From Candidatus Cloacimonadales bacterium (GTDB lineage: Bacteria > Cloacimonadota > Cloacimonadia > Cloacimonadales > JAFGVF01), in the NCBI GenBank assembly GCA_963662585.1, contig OY759729.1, positions 544,001 to 608,000 on the forward strand: a stretch of 64,000 nt of DNA. Direction: 5' to 3'. Below the pieces are notes generated by a model. The model worked only from the letters and a program-made list of their open reading frames with translations. It had not been told where the DNA came from and searched no databases. A program made the translations under genes and the position numbers. Below are positions 41,181 through 50,645 of the stretch, one piece after another. Every line of letters begins with the position of its first letter. The first letter of the stretch is position 1.

Positions 41181-44100
41181 ATGTTAATTACAGATTTATT
41201 TGAAAAAGTAGTTTTAGAATACCCTAAGCGAACTGCAATAATTGATCATAATAGTTCTTTCACTTATGAGGAAGTTAATCAAGAAGCTAATCAGCTAGCT
41301 TCATATTTAATCAAATCAGGACTAAAGCCCAAGCAAGCTGTTGGAGTTTTAGCTTATAGGGATAACAACTACATCATAGCTATTTTGGCTATTTTAAAAG
41401 CCCACTGTTATTATGTTCCTCTCGACCCAAAATATCCTGATGATCGCTTAGATTTTATTATTGAAAACACAGAGATGAAGTTTTTAATTGGTTCATCAGC
41501 TAAACTCAAAGATATACTCAACAATCATGAGAAAAAGAAAATATATATTGATGATCAGAAAGTAGTATTAGAAGCAGAAGACAATTTAATGTTAGATATA
41601 ATACCTAATACCGAGAATATTTATATATTATTTACTTCTGGTTCTACTGGTAAACCTAAAGGTGTTATGGTTAATCATAGAGGAGTAATTAACTTAGTTA
41701 AACATTTCCAAAAAACCTTTAAACCACCTTATGGTAATTATAATGCCTGTCAGAATGCCAGACTTAGCTTTGATGCTTCCACATTGGAGATATGGTATAA
41801 CCTACTTTCTGGAGCTACTCTCTACTTCACTCCTGAAAGTATTCTTTTACAACCACTAAAATTACGAGATTGGATTATTGAAAAAGAGATTCGTGAGATT
41901 CTCTTAGTAACTCCTATTGCTGAGATGCTCTTTGATCAAAAGTTTCCAGCAGACTGCCCTTTTAAGTATCTCCACTTAGGAGGAGATGCCCTGAAGAAAC
42001 TTCCACCAAGAGAATTCAAAGCCCATATTGTTAATGTTTATGGACCAACAGAATGTGCCTGTATTACCCTTTTAGATATCTTTCCTCCAGGATATCGAGG
42101 TGAAATCACTATAGGAAAAGCAATAAGTAATACTAGGACTTATATTTTAAATGAGAACTTAGAAGAAGTGGGAAAAGGTGAGTTAGGAGAACTTTGCCTA
42201 GCTGGTGATAGTGTTGGTAATGGTTATTGGAAATTACCTGAGCAAACAGAATCTGCTTTCGTAAAAAATATGCCTATAAATAAGAGAGTAGGTGAAGAAG
42301 TAATCTACAGAACTGGAGATTTAGTTAAAGAACTTCCTGACGGGAGAGTTGATTTTAGAGGAAGAATTGACTTCCAAGTAAAAATCAGAGGTTTAAGAAT
42401 AGAACTTAACGAGATTGAGAAGATCATTCATTATCATAAAAATATTGACCAAGCAGTGGTCTTGGCTCTTGGTGAAGGAAATGAAAAGTTCTTAGTAAGT
42501 TATTATACCAGTATAGATAAGAAGAGAATTGAGCAAGCAGAGATTGTTGATTTATGTCAACAAGTCTTACCTGATTATATGATTCCTAAGTACTATCTTC
42601 ACCTAGACCAGATTCCCTTGACCTCTAATAATAAGGTAGATAGAAAGGCTCTAGAGTCTTATGAATTACCTAAAGAAGATAAGGCAATAATCAGACCAGA
42701 GAACAAAGTTCAAGCTGAGATATTGGCTATTTGGCAAGAATTCCTGGCTTTCAAGAATATTAGCATAGATGATAATTTCTTCTATATAGGCGGTCACTCT
42801 CTCAAGGCAGCTCAGATAGTTAATGAACTTATATCAATTGGATATTCTTTAGAGTTAACTCAATTCATGACTAACCCCACTATCAAGGAGCTTTCAGAGA
42901 TAATCAAAACCAAAGAAGTGGCTGAAGGTAACATTCCCATAATTGCTCGCAATAAAGAGCATTATCTCATTACTAAAAATCAAGAAGACTTGTGGTATTT
43001 AAGCCACCTCGATGATTCTGAGAGAATTTATAATATCTTTGTTAAGTGTGAATTTATTGATAATATTGATGAGAATATTTTACTGAAGAGTTTAGACTTT
43101 CTAACCAATATTTATGAATCTTTCAAATCTACTTTTAGAGAAATAAACAAAAGAATTTATCAAGTCATTGAGCCGAATTCCCTATTTAACTGCCAAGTAC
43201 TAACTGTTTCGACACAAGAAGAGTTAGATAATCTGATTTATAATATGCAACTTATTCAATTTAAGGCAGATAAAGCACCTCTATACATGATGAATATTGT
43301 AAGATTTGGAAATGAATTACAACTTTTGATGAACATTCATCACTTGATATTTGATGGTTGGTCCATGAAGGTATTCATAGATAAATTAAGTGAGATCTAC
43401 CACCAATTTTCCAACGATAATGCTTCTGTGTTAGAGCTTAAACCATCAATCCAAAACATTGATTTCTCTGAATGGCAAAGAAATAACAATAATTTATTTA
43501 CTGATGACCAAGACTATTGGCAAGAAGAACTTCTTCCCTATCCCCCTGACTTATTCTTGAAGAATAATAGATTTGAACAGAAATATCTCACCCCGAATGG
43601 AGATAGAGTCTGGTTCAAGATTGATAAAGAGCAAGTTACCAAAATCACTACTTTTGCCCAGCAAAACTCAGTTTCCCTATTTTCCCTTCTTCTTACTCTA
43701 TACCAAATCGTTTTAGGAGAAAATTCTAAAAGAAGTGATATAACAGTAGCCTTCCCTTATGCAGGAAGAAAAAGTAAAGAAGAGGAACAATTAATAGGTT
43801 ATTATACCAATATGGTGATTGTTAGAGCCCAAATGTTTAAGAAGGATTTTAAGAAATTACTTACAAGTATTCATAAACAAGTAATGGAGGCTATTTCCCA
43901 TAGTAATAAGCCTTTTGGCGATGTTGTAAAAAGCTTTCATCTCCCTCTTGATAAATCTAAAACACCACTTTACCAAGCAATTTTTGTTATGCAAAACTGG
44001 CACGGATCTCCTTCAGATTCTATTATTAAATCTGAAAAAGAATTAGGTACAAGAACTTCTAAAACAGATATCACTCTTAACGCTGAAGAAATTGAAACAG

Positions 44101-47100
44101 GTATGGAGTTCTGGTTAGAATACAATACAGATTTCTATACTAAAGACTTTATCAAAGGAATTCAAGAGAATTTCTTAGAGCTTATAGATAAGCTTAATCC
44201 TCCAATTATTGAATCTAATTACAAGACTTGTTTTATTCTAACCGAAACTAGTCTAGGTATTAAATGCGCTGAGATGCTACTTGCTCAGAACTTTCATATT
44301 TATGCTATAATATCACCTAATGAACAGGTTATAAACTGGGCAAAGACTAAAGGTATATATTCCGATAATCTCAATAAGAATGAAATTAAAGAACTCCTTG
44401 CCAGCTATTCTTACGAATATCTTTTTAGTATCGTAAACAGTATTGTTTTAGATAAAGATATCCTTGCTACTCCAATAAAATCAGCAATCAATTATCACGA
44501 TTCACTTTTACCAAAATATGCTGGACTCTACGCTACTTTTTGGGCATTAATCAATGATGAAAAGAAACATGGAATTACTTGGCACTTAGTTGATGAAGGA
44601 ATAGATACAGGTAAAATACTAAGCCAAGCAGAAGTTGATATAGACCAAGAAGATACTTCATCTTCTCTTAACATGAAATGCTATGAAGCAGCTATTAAAT
44701 CTTTCCCTGAAATGCTTAAACTACTTTCTGAAGACATTTCAAAACTTCAAGAACAAGATTTTGCCAAAAGAAGCTATTTCGGAGCAAGCTATCGTAGGGA
44801 AGATTCTTGCAGTATTTGCTCTAAAAGATCAATAGATGATTGTGAAAGATTATATCGAGCTTCAGATTTTGGAGATAGCGAGAATCCAGTAACTAATTTG
44901 AAAGTTAAAATTGATAAAGAATTTTATATTATCAAAAGTGCTCAATTTACTAAGAAAAATAGTGATAATCAATTCGCTTTAGCAGTAAAAGAGAATAACC
45001 TAGAGATAAGTCTTGCTGGGAGTAAAATCATTGCTAATCAGATTGTTAATCTAATGGGTGAAGCTATTGAGATTAATAATCTTAGTAAGTTCACTAACTG
45101 GCAGTCCCCAACTCAAGATGATCTAGATAAGTATTCATTGGGAGTTAAAAATGAGACCTATTGGCTTAATCAGCTAACAAACTATATTCCACTAGAGCTA
45201 CCTATTCATCAAAAAAAGACAAGTGATAATAACCCTAATCTAGATATTAATAACCCAGATTTAGCCATATTCATTTGCTTCTTAGCTCGTCTATCTACTC
45301 AAAGTAAATTCTCAGTTGTAATCAAAATAAATGATTCTCATACTTTGTTAATGGAATCAGTACCTTTGAATATAAGAGTTGATTTTAATCTCACCCTCAA
45401 AGAGAACATTGCTCTTATTGAAAGACGAATTAGCAGATTAAAAAAGAAAGCAAGTCTATTAAAAAGCCTCTTTTATCGCTACCCACAATACAGTCACTAC
45501 AAGACTATTTTATCAACTTTTGAAGTTATTGATGATGATGAACTATTCCAAGCTTTTAAATCAAACTTACAAGCTGAGCAACTTCTGCAAGATGTGTTGC
45601 TTATTCCTCAAAATGAATTAGCTAAAATTAATGAGTGGAACTCTCTTAGTTTTCCTCTTCCTAAGAATAAATCATATATTAATCTCTTTAAAGAATCAGT
45701 ATCAAATCACCCTACTAATATTGCTGTTGAATATGCTGATAAGAAACTTACTTACAGGGAATTAGATGATCTCTCAGACAAATTAGGCAACTATATCTAT
45801 AATGAATACGGAAGAGATCAATTTATTGCCATCTCCACAGAAAGATGTATTGAGATGGTTGTTATAATCTTAGCTATTATGAAGAGTGGTAATGCCTATC
45901 TTCCTATAGACCCAACTTATCCTCCCGAGAGAATTAAGCATATACTTGAAAATTCAAAATGCAAAACTATATTTTCAGATACCAAATACTTATCTATGAC
46001 TAATCTGCAAACCATTCCAATTACTCAATATACTCAATATCAATCTTCTAAAGCTACGAATATTAATATTTCCCCAAATGATTTAGCTTACATTATTTAT
46101 ACTTCAGGCTCAACAGGGAAACCTAAAGGAGTCATGGTAAATCATGCAAATCTAATAAATCACAACCTAATCGTTAAAGAAAGATATAATATCACGACCA
46201 AAGATAGAGTATTACAGTTTGCATCTATTAGTTTTGATATATCAGTAGAAGAAATGTTCCCTTGTTGGTTAGCTGGTGCTAGTCTTGTTCTCAGAAGTAA
46301 TGACATCAATAAATCAGCTTCCCAATTTTTAGAATTCATAAATACTCATAATATTACTATTTTAAATCTTCCTACTGCTTTCTGGCATCAAATTACTAAA
46401 ACTCTACCTCAAGAAAAGATACCTGAAATTGTTAAGACAGTTATTATTGGTGGAGAGAAAGCATCTGTTGAAATCTATCAACACTGGCAACAGTTTGCAC
46501 CTCAGACCATAACTCTTTTTAATACCTACGGACCTACTGAAGCAACTATTATTGCAACAATAGATGAAGGGATTGATGATAGTATTGGCAAAACCATGCC
46601 CAACACTTCTATACTTATTTTAGATAGATTCTTAAAGCCAACTCCACTTGGAATAGCTGCTTCGATTTATATCGGAGGAAAAGGTGTTACTCCAGGTTAT
46701 TTCGATAATGAGAAGCTGACTGAAGAAAAATTCATAAGGACCAATGAATACGGAAGAATCTATTCTACTGGAGATGTAGGACTCTTTTATCCCAGCGGAA
46801 AAATTAAATTCTTAGGCCGAGATGATGATCAAATTAAGCTTCATGGCTACAGAATCGAGTTATCAGAGATAGAGAATAGTATTATTCAAAATAGCAGTTT
46901 AACAACAGTTTTTGCCGATGTTAGAGGTAAAGAGAATAGTAGAAAGATCTATCTCTATTATCAAAGTAATTCCGATATTTCCCAAGAGTTTTTCACATCC
47001 TTGGCAAAAAAGTATCTTCCAGACTATATGATTCCTGCTGAATATATTAGAATAACAGAATTACCTTTAAACCCTAATGGTAAAATTGATAAGAAGCTTT

Positions 47101-48176
47101 TACCTGAACCAGAAATTAAAGAAAACACTATTAATCTCCAAGCTTATAATCTATATGAATTAAAAATACTTCCTCTCTTTCGGGAAGTATTAGGGAAACA
47201 GATTTCTTTTGAAGACAATTTCTTCAAAGAAGGAGGAGACTCTTTAAAAGCTATTGAGTTAATAGTCTCTTTAGAAAAAGCTCTTGATATGAAGATTAAC
47301 TCTTCCACCTTGTATCAGCATTCTACTGTCAGAGAATTATCAAGATACTTGTTAGAAGACAAACAAGCAGACTTTTCTATTATAACTCCTCTTCAGAAAG
47401 GGGATTCAAGCTATAAACCACTCTTTCTAACTCATACTACTCCTGGAGATGTTCTAGGCTATGTTAATCTTATACATGCCTTGAAAGATGAAATTCCTGT
47501 ATATGGAATTCAATCAGCTGGACTTAGTGGTGATGAATGCCATACCTGCTTCCAAGATATGGTGAATAAGTATGTTGATGAAATATTAGAGATACAAACT
47601 GAAGGACCTTTCCACATCGGTGGCTGGTGTTATGGTGGAGTTCTTGCTTTTGAAATAGGAGTTGAGCTTAAAAGACGAAACTATGACAATATAAACTTAT
47701 ATCTAATTGAAACCTGGGGACGCCCCAACACTAAATTCAGAAAGATTACTTATCAATTAAGAAGATTATTTTATGCTGTAATTTTAGGACCTAAATTCTG
47801 GAAGAGTTATTTAAAAACCAAATTAAGCAATTTCTCAAATATCCACAAGGTACTAGAAGAAGATTTTATTGATAATATTACAGAGACCTTAGGTGGAAAA
47901 TCTCAAGCTGAAATTGATAAACTTAAGCTCATCTATCGCTTCAATATCAATGCCTTAAATAATCATGTTATGTCTAATTTCCTTGGAAGTATTAACCTCT
48001 TTTTGGCTGAAGAACCACTCGAAGGATTAATTCCTGATCCTAAGTATGGCTGGACAGGAATGACTTCTAAAATCAATTTCTTCCCAGTAAAAGGTTCTCA
48101 TACAACAGTATTAAAACATCCTTATGTTGAAGATATATCTCAAGTAATCTCTAAAATGTTGGTAGGTAAGAATTGA
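41181..48176 (+). CDS. Non-ribosomal peptide synthetase, A-T-C-formyltransferase-A-T-TE
   Basis: TSGSTGKPKG twice (41631, 46098), GGHSL (42789), HHLIFDG (43338), INYHDSLLPKYAG (44487) and GIDTG, GGDSL (47232), GWCYG (47622); ATG 41181 after purine-rich RBS. Confidence 0.93.
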   Translation: MLITDLFEKVVLEYPKRTAIIDHNSSFTYEEVNQEANQLASYLIKSGLKPKQAVGVLAYRDNNYIIAILAILKAHCYYVPLDPKYPDDRLDFIIENTEMKFLIGSSAKLKDILNNHEKKKIYIDDQKVVLEAEDNLMLDIIPNTENIYILFTSGSTGKPKGVMVNHRGVINLVKHFQKTFKPPYGNYNACQNARLSFDASTLEIWYNLLSGATLYFTPESILLQPLKLRDWIIEKEIREILLVTPIAEMLFDQKFPADCPFKYLHLGGDALKKLPPREFKAHIVNVYGPTECACITLLDIFPPGYRGEITIGKAISNTRTYILNENLEEVGKGELGELCLAGDSVGNGYWKLPEQTESAFVKNMPINKRVGEEVIYRTGDLVKELPDGRVDFRGRIDFQVKIRGLRIELNEIEKIIHYHKNIDQAVVLALGEGNEKFLVSYYTSIDKKRIEQAEIVDLCQQVLPDYMIPKYYLHLDQIPLTSNNKVDRKALESYELPKEDKAIIRPENKVQAEILAIWQEFLAFKNISIDDNFFYIGGHSLKAAQIVNELISIGYSLELTQFMTNPTIKELSEIIKTKEVAEGNIPIIARNKEHYLITKNQEDLWYLSHLDDSERIYNIFVKCEFIDNIDENILLKSLDFLTNIYESFKSTFREINKRIYQVIEPNSLFNCQVLTVSTQEELDNLIYNMQLIQFKADKAPLYMMNIVRFGNELQLLMNIHHLIFDGWSMKVFIDKLSEIYHQFSNDNASVLELKPSIQNIDFSEWQRNNNNLFTDDQDYWQEELLPYPPDLFLKNNRFEQKYLTPNGDRVWFKIDKEQVTKITTFAQQNSVSLFSLLLTLYQIVLGENSKRSDITVAFPYAGRKSKEEEQLIGYYTNMVIVRAQMFKKDFKKLLTSIHKQVMEAISHSNKPFGDVVKSFHLPLDKSKTPLYQAIFVMQNWHGSPSDSIIKSEKELGTRTSKTDITLNAEEIETGMEFWLEYNTDFYTKDFIKGIQENFLELIDKLNPPIIESNYKTCFILTETSLGIKCAEMLLAQNFHIYAIISPNEQVINWAKTKGIYSDNLNKNEIKELLASYSYEYLFSIVNSIVLDKDILATPIKSAINYHDSLLPKYAGLYATFWALINDEKKHGITWHLVDEGIDTGKILSQAEVDIDQEDTSSSLNMKCYEAAIKSFPEMLKLLSEDISKLQEQDFAKRSYFGASYRREDSCSICSKRSIDDCERLYRASDFGDSENPVTNLKVKIDKEFYIIKSAQFTKKNSDNQFALAVKENNLEISLAGSKIIANQIVNLMGEAIEINNLSKFTNWQSPTQDDLDKYSLGVKNETYWLNQLTNYIPLELPIHQKKTSDNNPNLDINNPDLAIFICFLARLSTQSKFSVVIKINDSHTLLMESVPLNIRVDFNLTLKENIALIERRISRLKKKASLLKSLFYRYPQYSHYKTILSTFEVIDDDELFQAFKSNLQAEQLLQDVLLIPQNELAKINEWNSLSFPLPKNKSYINLFKESVSNHPTNIAVEYADKKLTYRELDDLSDKLGNYIYNEYGRDQFIAISTERCIEMVVIILAIMKSGNAYLPIDPTYPPERIKHILENSKCKTIFSDTKYLSMTNLQTIPITQYTQYQSSKATNINISPNDLAYIIYTSGSTGKPKGVMVNHANLINHNLIVKERYNITTKDRVLQFASISFDISVEEMFPCWLAGASLVLRSNDINKSASQFLEFINTHNITILNLPTAFWHQITKTLPQEKIPEIVKTVIIGGEKASVEIYQHWQQFAPQTITLFNTYGPTEATIIATIDEGIDDSIGKTMPNTSILILDRFLKPTPLGIAASIYIGGKGVTPGYFDNEKLTEEKFIRTNEYGRIYSTGDVGLFYPSGKIKFLGRDDDQIKLHGYRIELSEIENSIIQNSSLTTVFADVRGKENSRKIYLYYQSNSDISQEFFTSLAKKYLPDYMIPAEYIRITELPLNPNGKIDKKLLPEPEIKENTINLQAYNLYELKILPLFREVLGKQISFEDNFFKEGGDSLKAIELIVSLEKALDMKINSSTLYQHSTVRELSRYLLEDKQADFSIITPLQKGDSSYKPLFLTHTTPGDVLGYVNLIHALKDEIPVYGIQSAGLSGDECHTCFQDMVNKYVDEILEIQTEGPFHIGGWCYGGVLAFEIGVELKRRNYDNINLYLIETWGRPNTKFRKITYQLRRLFYAVILGPKFWKSYLKTKLSNFSNIHKVLEEDFIDNITETLGGKSQAEIDKLKLIYRFNINALNNHVMSNFLGSINLFLAEEPLEGLIPDPKYGWTGMTSKINFFPVKGSHTTVLKHPYVEDISQVISKMLVGKN

Positions 48177-48428
48177 GTAGGGGCCTATGGACTGGGGACC
48201 TCCGTGTCGCCAGAAAAGGTAAGAAGCAGGGGCCTATGGACTGGGGACCTCCGTGTCGCCAGAAAAGATAAGAGCAGGCTGAAATACAGCCTGATGGAAG
48301 CAGGGACGCTTCCATTCCATAGAAGAAAACACCCCGTCTGCTTCGCAGCCACCCCTCTTTTAGCGTGCTTTCAGCACTAAAGAGGGGAGTTTAAGATTCA
48401 CGGACTAAAGGTCCGTAACCCCAGTTAA
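48177..48428. repeat. Composite REP-like cluster, reverse complement of units at 60876-61080/61446-61487
   Basis: Direct sequence comparison by eye: about 2 mismatches over ~200 bp. Confidence 0.9.
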
Positions 48429-48434
48429 GGGAAT

Positions 48435-49562
48435 CTATATATTATTAATTGGGATTATTACTGAAAATAGGGTACCAGATTCTTTATCTGATTGAACAGT
48501 TACTTTACCATGCAGATAATTTTCAGTAATCATCTTGATACTATAAGTCCCTAAACCTCTATTGTTACCTTTGGTAGAGAATGTACGGTGGAAAAGCTGA
48601 AGTCTGATATCGCTAGGTATATATTTCATATTATGTACGGAGAATAAGACAGAAACATCATTGAGATTTTTGCAAGAAATATTAATAACATCGCCATTAG
48701 TTGATGCTTCAATAGCATTTTTTAGCATATTTATCAACACTCTTTTTAGAAGTACTGAATCAGTATTTAAAGTAATATGTTCCACTGATTTAGTAATTTT
48801 TATATCAGTTCCAATTATGTAGTGCTTGCTAGTATTAATGACTTCATCAACAATAGTCCTACTATCTGCTTTTATTGAATTAGGCTCCCACTCTCCTAGT
48901 TCGGCTTTTCTTATCTCTTGCTGAGCAGAAATTTCTTCAATCAATTGATGAGCAGTGGGGATTAGTAATTGAATCAACTCATCTTTCATTTCTGGATCAT
49001 CCTCATCGCTAATTAATTCGGTATTAGATACTATCGCTGCTGCTGTATTTCGGATATCATGGAGAAAGGTCTTTTCAATGAAGAGAGATCTATTCTGAGC
49101 ACTTATATCTAAAATTGAAAAGAGAGTTAAGTCTTCAGAATCTACCGTCAATGGAGAAGAAGAAACTTCCAAATCAAAAGCACTTATCTGTTCTTCTTTA
49201 TTAACTAACAAACGACACTCTTGTACATCTTTAAGCCCAAAATGAGAGTTTCTGATCGATTTTAAAGCACCGCAATATTGACAAAAATCAGAATTTCCAC
49301 ACCCAGCATCATCTAACCAAGCATGCTGGCAAGAGAACAACTCCCCAGGCCTTAGACCTAATATTTGAAATTTATCCTCGACATGTAAATCCTTGCCAAG
49401 TTTAGCATTAAAATATACAGTTTGCCGAGTTTTATTAAGGATTAATATCCATATAGGAAGGTCATTTATTATAGCAAGAAGTTCTTTATGTTCAGATATT
49501 ATATCATGAACCCTTTGAATCTCTTCCTTATCTACTCTGTCTCTGAAATCATATTCTGTCAT
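48435..49562 (-). CDS. Cytoplasmic histidine kinase with Cys-rich PAS-like sensor region
   Basis: FLHDIRN H-box, NMLKNAIEA, FSTKG..RGLGTY boxes; C-x9-C-x5-C-x2-C cluster in N-terminal region. Confidence 0.85.
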   Translation of the reverse strand: MTEYDFRDRVDKEEIQRVHDIISEHKELLAIINDLPIWILILNKTRQTVYFNAKLGKDLHVEDKFQILGLRPGELFSCQHAWLDDAGCGNSDFCQYCGALKSIRNSHFGLKDVQECRLLVNKEEQISAFDLEVSSSPLTVDSEDLTLFSILDISAQNRSLFIEKTFLHDIRNTAAAIVSNTELISDEDDPEMKDELIQLLIPTAHQLIEEISAQQEIRKAELGEWEPNSIKADSRTIVDEVINTSKHYIIGTDIKITKSVEHITLNTDSVLLKRVLINMLKNAIEASTNGDVINISCKNLNDVSVLFSVHNMKYIPSDIRLQLFHRTFSTKGNNRGLGTYSIKMITENYLHGKVTVQSDKESGTLFSVIIPINNI

Positions 49563-49592
49563 TGTTACCTCTTTTTTAGGTTATATAATTTT

Positions 49593-50354
49593 TTATGGAG
49601 TAATAAAACCTATCAATTCCTTACTGCTTAAATCAGGATTTAAAATTTGAATAGTTCTCTTACTAACAGGTCCTTTAGACTTATGATTATGAATATTATA
49701 AACTGAAATACCCATGATGATATCAACTTTAGTAGTAAATAATACAAATGTAGATGATATATTACTAATCTCAGGGATATTTTCAACCCAAGTTATATTA
49801 GGATAATTGCCTTTGGCCAAATCATAAGAATTAAACTGCAATTCTTTCATTTTCATTTGTAGCCCTTTTCCTAGAACTTTAGTTAATGACTCTTTAACAG
49901 TCCAAAAGATTAAGGCCCTATACTCCTTATCAATGTTTGGAAAACTATCGATGTACTCTATCTCTTTGGGAGTGCAGAAAGATTCCAAAAAAGAGTTTAG
50001 CTTGGGGATATACTTTACAACTTCTATGTCAATACCAATTTTTTCTGTAAATGATATAGCTAATGCCAGCCAATTTTCTGAATAAGAGACATTGAAGTAT
50101 AATCTTTCTTCTTCTTCATCAACTTTGCCAAATTCATTAAACTTATATTTTATATCCTGAGCATCACAATCTAAGATTCTAGAAAGAACTATTCTTCTCA
50201 GCATAAAGGATAATAGCTTATAGCTATCCTTGGGAGATGAGTATCTTTTAGCTTGTCTTCTCTCTTCAAAAGTTGAGTATTTCTCAATTTCTTCTAAGAG
50301 ATAATCATATCTTTTTAAATCAAATAAATATAAGATAATATCTTGAGTACCCAT
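49593..50354 (-). CDS. Sfp-type 4'-phosphopantetheinyl transferase
   Basis: FNVS.S, IGIDIE, WTVKESLTKVLGKGL motifs; start ATG 50354 after GGGAG; close to NRPS. Confidence 0.88.
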   Translation of the reverse strand: MGTQDIILYLFDLKRYDYLLEEIEKYSTFEERRQAKRYSSPKDSYKLLSFMLRRIVLSRILDCDAQDIKYKFNEFGKVDEEEERLYFNVSYSENWLALAISFTEKIGIDIEVVKYIPKLNSFLESFCTPKEIEYIDSFPNIDKEYRALIFWTVKESLTKVLGKGLQMKMKELQFNSYDLAKGNYPNITWVENIPEISNISSTFVLFTTKVDIIMGISVYNIHNHKSKGPVSKRTIQILNPDLSSKELIGFITP

Positions 50355-50421
50355 TTTCTCCCTTAAACTTTTACTCTTATTTGGTTTAGCTCTGAAAGAA
50401 TGCAAAGACAAGACTCACCAT

Positions 50422-50570
50422 ATCCCCCTCCGTGAGGGGGACACAGGGGGTGTTTCCTTTATAATCCCCTCCGTGAGGGGGACACAGGGGGTGTTTCCTT
50501 TATAATCCCCTTCAATGAGGGGGAAACAGGAGGTGCATCCTTTATAATCCCCCTCACGGAGGGGGATTTA
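50422..50570. repeat. Four tandem ~42-bp CCCCCTC..GAGGGGG..GGGGGTGTTT modules
   Basis: Units start at 50422, 50464, 50505, 50547; same module as at 24848 and 33061. Confidence 0.88.
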
Positions 50571-50645
50571 AAAGCTTTTTTATACATTCTTTAAATTATT
50601 ATCAAGATACCTTTCTTAAGGAATTTCTTATTTCTGAAGAAAGAA

